Source: a bacterium (GTDB lineage Bacteria; UBA8248). Taken from it: a DNA stretch of 64,000 bases. The notes under the pieces are model-generated. The model worked only from the letters and a program-made list of their open reading frames with translations, had not been told where the DNA came from and did not search any database. Made by a program: the position numbers and the translations under genes. Shown here piece by piece: positions 18,666 through 28,843 of this stretch; within the stretch, counting starts at the first letter, position 1, and each line of letters opens with the position of its first letter. The DNA lies in assembly GCA_963692865.2 (NCBI GenBank), contig OY843592.1:960001-1024000 (forward strand), written 5' to 3'.

Positions 18666-19718
18666 ATGAAAATGAGAGCAGTCGTGTTGAAAGAGTTCGG
18701 CGGCGTGGAAAATTTCGAGGACGCCGATTGGCCCGAGAGAGAGCCCGACCCTGAGCAGGTGAAGATCCGGGCGAAGGCTGTTTCCGTGAACCCGACCGAT
18801 TTCAAGGCCAGGCGAGGCGGCAACCAGGGCGCGGTTCCCATCATCCTGGGCCGGGATACCGCGGGCGTGGTCGAATCGGTGGGCGGGAACGTGTCGGAGT
18901 TCTCCCCCGGCGACGAGGTCATGGCCTATCTCCCCAGATTCGGCGACAGCGGCGGGGACGGGTATGCGGAGTTCGTGTGCATTCATCAGGCGTTCGTCGT
19001 GAAAAAGCCCCAAAACGCCACTTTCGGGCAGGCGGCCGCTTTGCCGCTCGTGTCGCTGACCGCCCATGAGGCGATTGTCATGAAGGCGCGTGTGCAGCCG
19101 GGAGAAGCGGTCTTCGTGGCGGGCGCCTCGGGCGGCGTTGGAACCATGGGGCTTCAGATGCTCGCGCGCATCGGCGCGTCTCCCATCGTCGGGACGGCGG
19201 GAAGCGATGAAAGCGCAAAATACATCGAGGATTTGCTCGCTCCCGCCCCCGTCGGCGTGCTCAAGTATTCGGGGCTCTCGCTCGATGAGTTGTCCCGCCG
19301 GGCGGTGGAGATGAACGGGGGCCGTCTTTTCCCCGCCACGTTCGATTTCGTGGGCCGCGAGATGAAGAAACTCTGCTGCGAGGTGGTGGACTACTGGGGG
19401 CGAATCTCCTCCATTGCGCCCGAGCCGGGTGCGCCCATCGATGAGTTTTTCTCATCCCAGGAAGGCCCCCTGTTCACCAAATCGGCTTCGTTTCACGGCA
19501 CTTTCCTGCGCGCCCCCGTTCGCGGGGGCGGCCCCGCCTACTACGGCGTCTACAAGAAGGCGCTCGAAGAGATACGCGACTGGGTGGAGGCGGGGGAGAT
19601 CGAGGCGCCGCAGGTTACAGACATGGGAGTCATGAACGCGCAGAACATCGCCGCGGCCCACACGCTCCTGGAAGAGGGCCACGTGCGCGGCAAGCTGGTC
19701 TTGCGCGTGGATGGATAG
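18666..19718 (+). CDS. MDR-family NAD(P)-dependent (quinone) oxidoreductase
   Basis: SVNPTD, LGRDTAGVV, AGASGGVG, HVRGKLVL. Confidence 0.88.
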   Translation: MKMRAVVLKEFGGVENFEDADWPEREPDPEQVKIRAKAVSVNPTDFKARRGGNQGAVPIILGRDTAGVVESVGGNVSEFSPGDEVMAYLPRFGDSGGDGYAEFVCIHQAFVVKKPQNATFGQAAALPLVSLTAHEAIVMKARVQPGEAVFVAGASGGVGTMGLQMLARIGASPIVGTAGSDESAKYIEDLLAPAPVGVLKYSGLSLDELSRRAVEMNGGRLFPATFDFVGREMKKLCCEVVDYWGRISSIAPEPGAPIDEFFSSQEGPLFTKSASFHGTFLRAPVRGGGPAYYGVYKKALEEIRDWVEAGEIEAPQVTDMGVMNAQNIAAAHTLLEEGHVRGKLVLRVDG

Positions 19719-19746
19719 AGGCGATTTCGAAGGAGATGGTGAAGTA

Positions 19747-20619
19747 ATGATAGAGCCCCGCATGAGGTATGAGAAAAAATTCGCGCAAGTCCTCGGCAGG
19801 AAGATGGCCTACGTGGAGGCGGGCGAGGGGGACCCGGTCGTCTTTTTCCACGGCAACATCACTTCCTCCTACATGTGGCGCAACGTGATTCCCCACGTCG
19901 AGGGGCTGGGCCGCTGCATCGCGATAGACAACATCGGCCAGGGGGATTCCGAAAAACTCCCGGGCTCCATGTACCGCCTGGTCGACCACCAGCCCTTCAC
20001 GAACGCGCTGATGGACGCGCTGGGGGTCACGGAGAACGTCACCGTCGTGACGCACGACTGGGGCGCGCAACTGGGCTTCACGTGGGCGTCGGAGCGGCAG
20101 GATGCGCTCAAGGGCGTCGTGATCTGCCAGGGAGTCCTCGGCAATTTCGAATGGAGCCATTGGCCGCCGGAGGTTCAGGCTCTTTTCAAGAGGTTCAGAA
20201 GCGCCGAAGGCGAGGAACTCGTCCTGGAGCAGAACTTCTTCGTGGAGAAGATTCTGCCCGCCATGGTCATCCGCGAGGTTTCCCCGGAAATTCACGACGA
20301 ATACCGAAGGCCCTACAGAAACCCCGGCGAGGCCAGAAGACCCACGCTCACCTGGCCGCGCGAGATTCCCATCGAGGGAGAACCCGCGGACGTTCTCGAG
20401 ATCATCGAGCGCAACAACGCCTGGCTTGAAAAACATCCGGCGCCGAAACTGTTCATCAATTCAGACCCCGGCGCCGTGCTGGTGGGAGAGCACCGGAGCA
20501 TGGTTCGCGGCTGGCCCAACGTGGAGGAGGTGACGGTCGCCGGGCTTCACTACTGCCATGAGGATTCGCCCGACGGGATGGGCCGGGCGATTGCGGGGTG
20601 GTATGCGTCTCTTGATTGA
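19747..20619 (+). CDS. Haloalkane dehalogenase-like alpha/beta hydrolase (HLD-II, LinB/DhaA type)
   Basis: HGNITSSYMWRN, HDWG, EQNFFVEKILP, RRPTLTWPREIP, GLHYCHEDSP. Confidence 0.9.
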   Translation: MIEPRMRYEKKFAQVLGRKMAYVEAGEGDPVVFFHGNITSSYMWRNVIPHVEGLGRCIAIDNIGQGDSEKLPGSMYRLVDHQPFTNALMDALGVTENVTVVTHDWGAQLGFTWASERQDALKGVVICQGVLGNFEWSHWPPEVQALFKRFRSAEGEELVLEQNFFVEKILPAMVIREVSPEIHDEYRRPYRNPGEARRPTLTWPREIPIEGEPADVLEIIERNNAWLEKHPAPKLFINSDPGAVLVGEHRSMVRGWPNVEEVTVAGLHYCHEDSPDGMGRAIAGWYASLD

Positions 20620-20668
20620 TTTTGCGACCCTGGACAACAGGACGCACTGAGCCGCCGTGTGGGTTGCG

Positions 20669-21775
20669 ATGAAACCGAAAATCGGCAGACGGAAATTCCT
20701 CAAGCGCGCCGGTCTGGCGGGGCTCGGCGCGCTTGGGCTGGCGGGAGGATGCGCGAAGATGGGTCTGGGCATCAAGGGGCCGACGGCGCCGCCTCCCGAA
20801 GCGCAGGGCCTCCTCACGCGCGAGGCGGAATCCCTTTACTGGCCGCACGGCGAACCGGGGAGGTGGTTCAACCCCTGGTGGCCGAACCCGGGCTCGCGGG
20901 CCAATCTGTACAAATGGAAATTCCTGTACCGAAACGAGTTCGCGGAAGTCAAAAACGCCAAAACACCAGAAGTTCCAGTCGTTTCCAACGATGGCGCATA
21001 TCTGGGGAAGCCGCAGAACGAGCCTTCCATCACCTCGATCGGCCATTGCGGCTTCGTCATTCAGGACGGACCGAGCGTCGTCCTGACGGACCCCCATTTC
21101 GGCGCGGGGGCTTTCTGGCATGGACGCCATCAGCCGCCGGGCGCGCCTGCGGCTTCGATTCCGGGGGGCGCCGTAGCGACGATATCCCACAACCACTATG
21201 ATCATCTCGACGCGTGGACGATAGAGAACCTGCCCGAAGACGTCACCTGGTTCGTGCCGATGGGGCTGGGCGCTTTCGTGGAATCACTCGGCAGGCGCGC
21301 CGTGGAGCTCGACTGGTGGCGAAGCGCCGAGCGCGGCGGCTTGCGCCTGACTTGCCTGCCCGCGCAGCACTGGTCGAACCGCTTCGGGGTGGCGCGCGAC
21401 TCCACGCTCTGGTGCGCCTGGCTCATCGAGACCGGCGCGCGGAAGTATTTCCACGGCGGGGACAGCGGCTATTTTCAAGGGTTTAGGGAGTTCGGCCGCA
21501 AATTCGGCTCGATAGATGTGGCCATGCTTCCCATCGGCGCGTACGAGCCCCGGTGGATGATGCGGTATTCCCACATGAACCCCGCCGAGGGCCTCAAGGC
21601 GTTCGACGATCTGGGCGCGCGCTGGATGATCCCCATGCACTGGGGTACGTTCGACCTGACGGACGAGCCGCTCGACCATCCGCCCCGCGTGCTCAGGGCG
21701 CACATGGCCGAGACGGGCGCGGACGCCTCCCGCGTGAAGGTCATGGCAGTGGGCGAGAGGTGGAAATTCCTGTAA
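20669..21775 (+). CDS. Tat-exported (lipo)protein, MBL-fold hydrolase (NAPE-PLD/RomA-like)
   Basis: RRKFLK Tat motif, LAGGC lipobox-like site, SHNHYDHLD, PAQHWS, GDSGY, PIGAYEP, PMHWGTF. Confidence 0.88.
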   Translation: MKPKIGRRKFLKRAGLAGLGALGLAGGCAKMGLGIKGPTAPPPEAQGLLTREAESLYWPHGEPGRWFNPWWPNPGSRANLYKWKFLYRNEFAEVKNAKTPEVPVVSNDGAYLGKPQNEPSITSIGHCGFVIQDGPSVVLTDPHFGAGAFWHGRHQPPGAPAASIPGGAVATISHNHYDHLDAWTIENLPEDVTWFVPMGLGAFVESLGRRAVELDWWRSAERGGLRLTCLPAQHWSNRFGVARDSTLWCAWLIETGARKYFHGGDSGYFQGFREFGRKFGSIDVAMLPIGAYEPRWMMRYSHMNPAEGLKAFDDLGARWMIPMHWGTFDLTDEPLDHPPRVLRAHMAETGADASRVKVMAVGERWKFL

Positions 21776-21814
21776 ACTATTGACTTTGCTTGGAGAACAA
21801 GGGGGAGAGGTAAT

Positions 21815-22042
21815 ATGAAGAAACCGAGAAATGACGCCGAAGACGAAGAGATTGCGCGCAACAACCTCAACCGCCTCTTCGGCAGGCTCGCGTTCGAGAA
21901 GGGCAACGCCTACGGGCGCGGGGATGATGAGGAAGACCCGATCGCGCGGCTCAAGGACGATTCGATCGTCACCAGAAAGCGAATAAAATCAAAGAGATCG
22001 CCGGACGACGCCAGACCGCCCGAGGCCTATCCGGGGCCCTAG
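21815..22042 (+). CDS. Small charged hypothetical protein
   Basis: GGAGAGGT RBS before the ATG; GC3-rich codon usage; 75 aa. Confidence 0.55.
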   Translation: MKKPRNDAEDEEIARNNLNRLFGRLAFEKGNAYGRGDDEEDPIARLKDDSIVTRKRIKSKRSPDDARPPEAYPGP

Positions 22043-22252
22043 AGGTCGCGATTGGGCGCGCGTGCGCCTGCCGGACGCCCCGAGCGGGGGCGCAACTGCC
22101 CGCAAATCCGCGCATTTGCCGTCATCGCGTGAGGCGCGGGCCGTGGCAGAATTCCCCTGCGCGCGACCCCGCTGCGTCATATCCCAGGAATTTAATTTGT
22201 CGGAAATTTATCGAAAACCCCCCTGAATTTATCTAATTTTATCCATATTTAC

Positions 22253-22373
22253 AGAAATTCCGGCCCGCCCGAAAACTCATTGGCGCGGGGGCGTTCTTCC
22301 CCCTGCTGATGACTCCGGGATGACGGCGAGTGCGGGATCAATTTCGGGCGAGCAGGAGTTGTTGAATAGCCTC
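22253..22373 (+). repeat. About 120-bp dispersed structured repeat, copy 1
   Basis: First 49 bp are identical to 58283-58331 and the rest is similar up to gttgttgaa. Confidence 0.9.
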
Positions 22374-22747
22374 ATATGTGCTCGTCCGTTTTTAATCGGT
22401 GGGCATGGTTTCATTCGTCGTTCCGGCGCATGCCGGAATCCATTTTCGCCTTCACTCGTGAACGGCCTCCGAGGAAATCTCCCTTGAGGGTCGAGCTTTC
22501 CTTTTCTGGAAGATCGAAGTCGCGCCGGTGGGGGACGGCGGCCTCGACTGAAGAAGAAGGGGCTGCCGGTGTTTTTACTCCTTCGTGAAGGGTCGTCTCT
22601 CGGTGTGGATGACGCCCGCCGTCTCGCGATGTGTCTGCCGTATGCGCATAAATGCTATAATCGCCGCCAATCTGACCATGTGCGCGCCACCGACATGGGT
22701 TCGTCGCCCTAGGTGAGGGCGAAGTCCGGTCTCTGGATTCGAAGGAT

Positions 22748-23384
22748 GTGGAACGATGGATGATTTTGTTTATCACAGTGTGCTTGTGGGGCTCGTCCGC
22801 TTCGGCGGCTCCGCTCCACGATGCGGCCAAGTCGGGTCGGGTCGAGCGTGTCAAGGCGCTTGTCAAGAGTGGCGCGAAGGTGAACTCGAAAATGCGCTCT
22901 GGACAGACCCCGCTTCACGTTGCGGCTCTAAAAGGCCGAGAGAAAATCGTCAAGGTGTTGCTTGATGCAGGAGCCGAGGTGGACGCAAGAATCAAGAAGA
23001 GCCGCTCGACTCCCCTTCATCTTGCCGTGGTGGGTGGTCACTTGGCGGCAATCAAGATGCTGCTCGATGGCAAGGCGAAGGTGAATGCGCAAAACAAGGT
23101 TGGAGCAACTCCACTTCAAGATGCAGCACGAGAAGGCCACTTGGAAGTAATCCGGGTTTTGCTGAATGCAGGCGCGAAGGCGGATGCGAAAGACGAGGAC
23201 AGGTGGACACCACTTCATACTGCGGCGCGCAAGGGCCACGTGGGAGTGGTCGAAGTGTTGCTCCATGGTGGCGCGAAGGTGAGCGAGAGAGGGAAAAACG
23301 ATTTTACACCCCTTCACTACGCGGCGTTCAATAGCCATGTGGGAGTAGTTGAAGCCCTACTTAAGGGCGGCGCAAAAGTTGATG
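22748..23384 (+). pseudogene. Secreted ankyrin-repeat protein truncated by IS256
   Basis: Signal peptide (ILFITVCLWGSSASA), six 33-aa TPLHxAA..GH..VV..LL..GA.V repeats; the frame runs into the IS end at 23385. Confidence 0.88.
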
Positions 23385-24771
23385 GAGTTATCCTCAGATT
23401 TTGTGTATGGGCTGAATGGAAGAAGGCGGCGCATCCTGCTGAAATAGGGTTGTCAGAAGTCCGGTCATTCAGCACACAGGAGATGCGCCACCATGCACAA
23501 AGATACGACGATTCCCTTTACGAATCCAGCCTATCGAGACGAGTTGAGCGAACTGGTGCGCGCGGGCGCGCAACGAATCATCCGCCAGGCGGTGGAAGCG
23601 GAGTTGGAGGCTTTCCTGGAGGAGCATTCGGCCGAGCGTGACGCGGGGGGACGTCGCGCACTCGTTCGCAACGGCTATCTACCTTCACGGGAGGTATTGA
23701 CGGGGGTTGGCCCGGTGCGGGTTTGTGTTCCGAGGACGCGGGACAGGAGCGGTGCGGGCCGGTGCTTGCGCTCGGAGTTGTTGCCGCCGTATCTGAAGAA
23801 GACGGGGCGTGTGGAGGCGGTGATTCCGTGGCTGTACCTGAAGGGGATATCGACGAACGACTTCGGTGAGGCCTTGCGCGCGCTGTTCGGCGAGTCGGTG
23901 CAGGGTTTGTCCCCGGCGCCGGTTGCGCGGCTCAAGGGCGGCTGGGAGCGCGAGTACGCGCAGTGGCGCGAGCGAGACTGGCATGGCGAGGAGTTCGTGT
24001 ATCTGTGGGCGGACGGGATATATCTGAACGTGCGCGGCGGGGAGCGACGCTGTCTACTGGTGGTTGTGGGCTGCGATGCGCGTGGCCGCAAGCGCTTCCT
24101 GGCTCTGGAATCTGGGTTTAGGGAATCGAAGGAGAGTTGGAAAGCGGTTCTGCTCAGCCTGCGGGACCGGGGCGTGAAGGCGGCGAAGTTGGCGGTGGGC
24201 GACGGGGGGCTGGGGTTGTGGTCGGCCCTGGCTGAGGTGTATCCCGAGACCCGGGCGCAGCGCTGCTGGGTGCACAAGACGGTGAACGTGCTCGACAGGC
24301 TGTCGGGGCCGCGTTCAGGGCGAAGCGAAGTCGATGCTGCATGAGATATGGGGGTCCGACACCCGGATGAATGCGCACAAGGCGCTCACACGCTTCCTCG
24401 CCACTTGGGAGGGGAAGTACCCCAGGGCCGCAGAATGCCTGGCGAGGGATCGGGAAGAGTTGCTCGCCTTCTCCGACTTCCCGGCGTCGCACTGGGGGCA
24501 TCTGCGGACGACGAACCCCATCGAGTCGACCTTCGCCACCATCCGCTTGCGAACGGCGAAGACGGGGAACCGCCTGAGCGAGAAGACGGCGGTGAGCCTC
24601 GTGCGTCAACTCGCCATGAGCTCCGAGAAACGATGGCGCCGACTACGCGGCTTCCGTCATCTGGCCGACGTGATCGCCGACGTGAGGTTCACCGATGGGG
24701 TGGAGGAAAAAGAAACGGGCGGGAGGGCCGCCGGATTCAGGACGGCCATACACCAGATTTGACAGTAACTC
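23385..24771 (+). mobile_element. IS256-family insertion sequence
   Basis: IRL GAGTTATCCTCAGATTTTGTGTATGG and IRR (reverse complement) GAGTTACTGTCAAATCTGGTGTATGG; 1387 bp; no matching target duplication. Confidence 0.92.
23493..24762 (+). pseudogene. IS256 transposase, frameshifted near 24305
   Basis: RNGY, YLKGIST, WADG, GDG, QRCWVHK in frame 1; continuation LRTTNPIESTFATIRLRT in another frame. Confidence 0.9.
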
Positions 24772-24896
24772 CACGAAAACTGATTCTGAATAAACGTTCT
24801 AGAAGGCTAGGTTATAATCGGAGATAAGTTGCGCGAGTCGGATTCTGAACGAGACCGCGACCAATAAATGTTCCCTAATGATATCAATGAGATAAT

Positions 24897-24941
24897 AGGA
24901 TTTTACGGCCGTTGGAAATCCCGTACCGTCTGAAAATGGGC
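24897..24941 (+). repeat. 45-bp direct repeat, copy 1
   Basis: Matches 27890-27934 at 36 of 45 positions without gaps. Confidence 0.75.
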
Positions 24942-25099
24942 AGGTCGGCAAGGCGGAGCCGGTCCCTTGACGAATCGGTGGACAAATACTAATAAAATCC
25001 CTCCTATTTCGACCGTTTATCATATGCATATTGATAAATATCTTAAATACGATTAAATTTAATGCTATTATGTCGATTGAATATCAAAGAAAAAATCCC

Positions 25100-25906
25100 G
25101 TGAGACTTAATGAATTCCTGGATCGGCGCGCCGTGTTCACGATGGACGAACTGGATCGCTTCCTGTCCGAGCGTGGATCCGGAAACACCCACACCCGTAA
25201 TTCGCTGCTGGCCTACCACCGCAAGCAAGGCCGGATCGTCCATGTGCGCCGCGGCCTGTATGCGACGGTTCCCCGGGGTATGGATCCTGCGACCGCACCG
25301 GTCGATCCATTCCTGGTGGCGGCCAGGATGACCGGGGACGCTGTGCTGGGCTACCACACGGCTCTGGAGTTCCACGGGAGGGCATACTCGGTCCACTGGA
25401 GGCTGGTCTATGTCTCGACGGTCAAGTCGCTTCCGCTTACGTTTCAATCTCACGAGTTCCGGCGCGCGCCCGTGCCGCCGCCGCTGCTGGCGAAAGGAGA
25501 GGAGATGTTCGGAGTCACCCGCCATGAGCGTTCCGGCGTGAAACTCCGGGTGACCGGCCACGAAAGAACCATGGTCGATGCGCTGGACCGGCCGGACCTG
25601 ACCGGAACCTGGGAAGAGATATGGCGGTCCCTGGAATCGGTGGAGTTCTTCGATCTGGAACAAGTCATCGAGTACACCCGCCTGTTGGAGAACGCGACCA
25701 CAGCAGCAAGGGTGGGGTTTTTCCTGGAACAGCACAGGGAGCCTTTGATGGTGGAGGAGACCCACCTCGATGCCCTGCGCAAGCTGCGCCCGAGGCAGCC
25801 TCACCATTTTATGCAAGGCAGGCCCAGAGGTTGCCGGCTGGTAAAAGGCTGGAACCTGATGGTTCCGGATGAAATTCTGAATCGGTCTTGGGGAGAGGTG
25901 CCGTGA
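25100..25906 (+). CDS. Type IV TA antitoxin / transcriptional regulator (AbiEi-like)
   Basis: N-terminal winged helix (HVRRGLYA), YHTALEFHG, ERTMVDALDRP; GTGA overlap with the toxin gene. Confidence 0.85.
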   Translation: MRLNEFLDRRAVFTMDELDRFLSERGSGNTHTRNSLLAYHRKQGRIVHVRRGLYATVPRGMDPATAPVDPFLVAARMTGDAVLGYHTALEFHGRAYSVHWRLVYVSTVKSLPLTFQSHEFRRAPVPPPLLAKGEEMFGVTRHERSGVKLRVTGHERTMVDALDRPDLTGTWEEIWRSLESVEFFDLEQVIEYTRLLENATTAARVGFFLEQHREPLMVEETHLDALRKLRPRQPHHFMQGRPRGCRLVKGWNLMVPDEILNRSWGEVP

Positions 25907-26874
25907 GATTTTCCGCCTCGGAAATCCTGCCCGTGGCCCGAGCCAACGGATTCAACGCGGAGGTGGTCGAGAAGGTTTTCTGCCTGATGCATCTCCTGAA
26001 CGCCCTGAACACGCACCCGTCGCTCAAGGGAAGATGGGTCCTGAAGGGCGGCACGGCCCTGAACCTGTTCGTCCTCCGCCATCCCCGGTTGTCCGTGGAC
26101 ATCGACCTCAACTACATCGGCGCGCTGGAGCGCGAGGAAATGCTGGAGGAACGACCGAGAATCGAGCAGGCGGCCCAAGCGGTCTTTTCCCGTGAGGGAT
26201 TCACGGTCCGGAGGACACCAAGCGAACACGCCGGAGGCAAGTGGCGGTTGAGCTACCCGAGCTACACCGGGCAATCCGGGAGTCTAGAAGTCGATTTGAA
26301 TTTCATGTTCAGGCAACCGCTTTGGGATATCCGCCACGCCGATTCGCATCCGCTCGGGGACTATCAGGCCAAAGACGTCCCCCTTCTCGACCTTCATGAA
26401 ATCGTGGCCGGCAAGCTCTCGGCGCTGTTTTCCCGCAGACAAGCGAGAGATCTGTTCGATTGTCATCGCATACTCGATACGGATACTCTTCAATGTGAGC
26501 GGCTCCGCATCGCTTTTGTCGTATACGGGGCGATGAACCGCAAGGACTGGCGGACCATTTCGGTCACAGACGTGGCCTATGATGAATCGGAGTTGGCCAG
26601 GCTGCTCGCTCCCACACTCCGAGTTCGCCAGCCAGGCGACCAGGCGTCGCTCGCCGAATACGGGATGCAACTGCTGGAGGAGACCAGGAAGAGCCTGACC
26701 GCTTTGCTACCGTTTACCGAAGCCGAGCGGGCATTCCTCGATCTCCTGTTGGACAAAGGTGAAATCGACGCGACGATCCTGACCTCCGGTACATCCCTTC
26801 AAGAACGCATCCAGGTCCAACCGCTTCTGGAATGGAAGGCCTTCAACGTGCGCAGCTACAAGGGGTTGTCCTGA
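25903..26874 (+). CDS. Type IV TA toxin, AbiEii/AbiGii nucleotidyltransferase
   Basis: LKGGTALNLF, RLSVDIDLNY, KLSAL..R..ARDLFD. Confidence 0.9.
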   Translation: MRFSASEILPVARANGFNAEVVEKVFCLMHLLNALNTHPSLKGRWVLKGGTALNLFVLRHPRLSVDIDLNYIGALEREEMLEERPRIEQAAQAVFSREGFTVRRTPSEHAGGKWRLSYPSYTGQSGSLEVDLNFMFRQPLWDIRHADSHPLGDYQAKDVPLLDLHEIVAGKLSALFSRRQARDLFDCHRILDTDTLQCERLRIAFVVYGAMNRKDWRTISVTDVAYDESELARLLAPTLRVRQPGDQASLAEYGMQLLEETRKSLTALLPFTEAERAFLDLLLDKGEIDATILTSGTSLQERIQVQPLLEWKAFNVRSYKGLS

Positions 26875-27189
26875 CATGAGATCGCGCATGCTGACAATCA
26901 ACGCGCTACACGGCCACTTCGAAGAATTTTGGGGATCGCTTCCGCAAAGATCAACCAATGTCGGCCAGTCGGTGTCGGTCTGCGAGTATCCGGGTTCGGG
27001 GCTGCTGGAGTCGGTTTTCAATCTGGGCGAGCTTCTCCGAGGTCGGCTTAGACTATGCTGAGCATTATCTGCCACGTTTTACCGCACAAGGCGACGCTGT
27101 CACAGCCGGAGGAACTGACATGCCGGGCTCGTGATAATCGACGTTTCCGAAATTGGGGGACAACCACATTCGCGCGTCAGAGCAAACAT

Positions 27190-27440
27190 GAGGCCCCACA
27201 AGTACCCGACAAGTCCCCTGCAAGTCAGAAATCTCATCCGTTTCCCGGAAGGCGATCGGAAACGAGCGAAAATCCTTCAGAATCTGGGACTCAAGGTCGG
27301 ACGAATCTGGCCAAGAATACGTACAACCGGCTCTTGACGTGAGCCTCATCGAGATGATCATTCCGGTCAAACCCCGAAGCAGCAAACAAGAGTACCGGTT
27401 GACGGACAAAGGCCGGGAATTGCGGGAACGCATGAATCAG
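27190..27440 (+). pseudogene. Remnant of a Fic-like C-terminal winged-helix domain
   Basis: Broken frames give ...ILQNLGLK / YVQPALDVSLIEMIIPVKPRSSKQEYRLTDKG, the typical tail of Fic/RecG-associated HTH proteins. Confidence 0.65.
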
Positions 27441-27889
27441 ACACAATGAGCTTTTTCTGGCCCTATACCGAATAGTAACCCTGTCTTGCGAACCACCACT
27501 GAAAACCTTAAGTGGCGGTTCGGCTAGGCGAGTATTTACATCTACGACACCGAGACTTTCGGGCGAATAGGATGCTAGACCGTAACAGTTGTCAAGCACT
27601 TGTGGGGCGGGCTTTGAAGAGCGCGCTCCGACAAGGGTAAACGTTCGCTGGTGGGGTGATAATGGCGTAAGACCTGGAGGCGGTTATTGGTATAGCACGG
27701 CGTATTCGGTTTGTGTTGGCGAATTCTTGATGCTCATCACCTCGCGACTGAACGGATACCTACAGGGACTCGCCAGGGTACGCAGGGGTTTGAATTCGCC
27801 CGCTTCCGTTTTGATTACTTTCAGCAAAAGGGCAGTTTTGAGCGAGATCGGAAAGAATGAAACTTTCTAAAGAATTTCAACAAACTACA

Positions 27890-27934
27890 AGGATTCAACC
27901 GCCGTTGAAAATCCCCTACTGTCTATAAACGGGC
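27890..27934 (+). repeat. 45-bp direct repeat, copy 2
   Basis: See 24897-24941. Confidence 0.75.
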
Positions 27935-28843
27935 GGAAGATGCGAGAGGTGCTCGATGTCCTCTGCTACTTGCACCTGCCTTACTACGTACAGCACCTTG
28001 TCGATAATTCGGACATTCCGCGCGATGTTTTCACGGGGAAGGTTACCGGGGTCGGAGTTGATAAGCCTGATCCAGGGGAATCCTCCCCGCTCAGTACCTC
28101 GACTCGCCTGATCATCGTCTCGTCGCCCTCGAAAAGTAGGAATGTCCCACCTAGCTTAAATCTGCCGACCAACCATCTTGATGAAGCTACCTTCAATTTG
28201 CGAATATTTCCACTGAATTAGTCGCCGGGGTCTGGTCAAAGAAACCAAGAGCCTTATCAGCGGAGTGCGCAATGACAACTTTAAAGCTGGTATAGAATCG
28301 TCGTTTCCCCTAGATGCCTGCCGGGGACTGGCATGACTGGTACGAATCGCGAGTGAGTTGCACACGACAGTTCTTGCCACATGGCCGAGCCGTAGATATC
28401 GATTGAAACGTCTCGGGTAACGAATCTAGACAGCGTATCTGCCGGTTCTAAGACTCCCTTCATGACGTGCCAACGCACGCAAAAGCCGAGCGTTCCCATC
28501 ACCGTAACGCCCAGTAAAGGGTATTCAATGGAGATGAATCTCACCGTCGTTCTGATTGCGGCGGTCTGTTTCGGTCTCATATGACTTTGGCAATCGATAC
28601 CAACGGTATTTTGAAATTGATGGGAACATTGGTCGGAGTGAGTATCCGAACGTCTTTGTCGATAAATACATTGAAGCGCGCTCACATCAAAGGCAAGCGG
28701 CATCCCGTCGTCATGATCGAGGCGGGAAGCCTAGAAAGTCGAATTTCGAGTGAAGCCGCCCCGGTTCTGAGATTTTCCCGGGGGTGTCCGGCTCCTTCCG
28801 CTCCCCGGCGGGAGGGGCGGCGCCCGCTTCTTGCGGGGACGCC

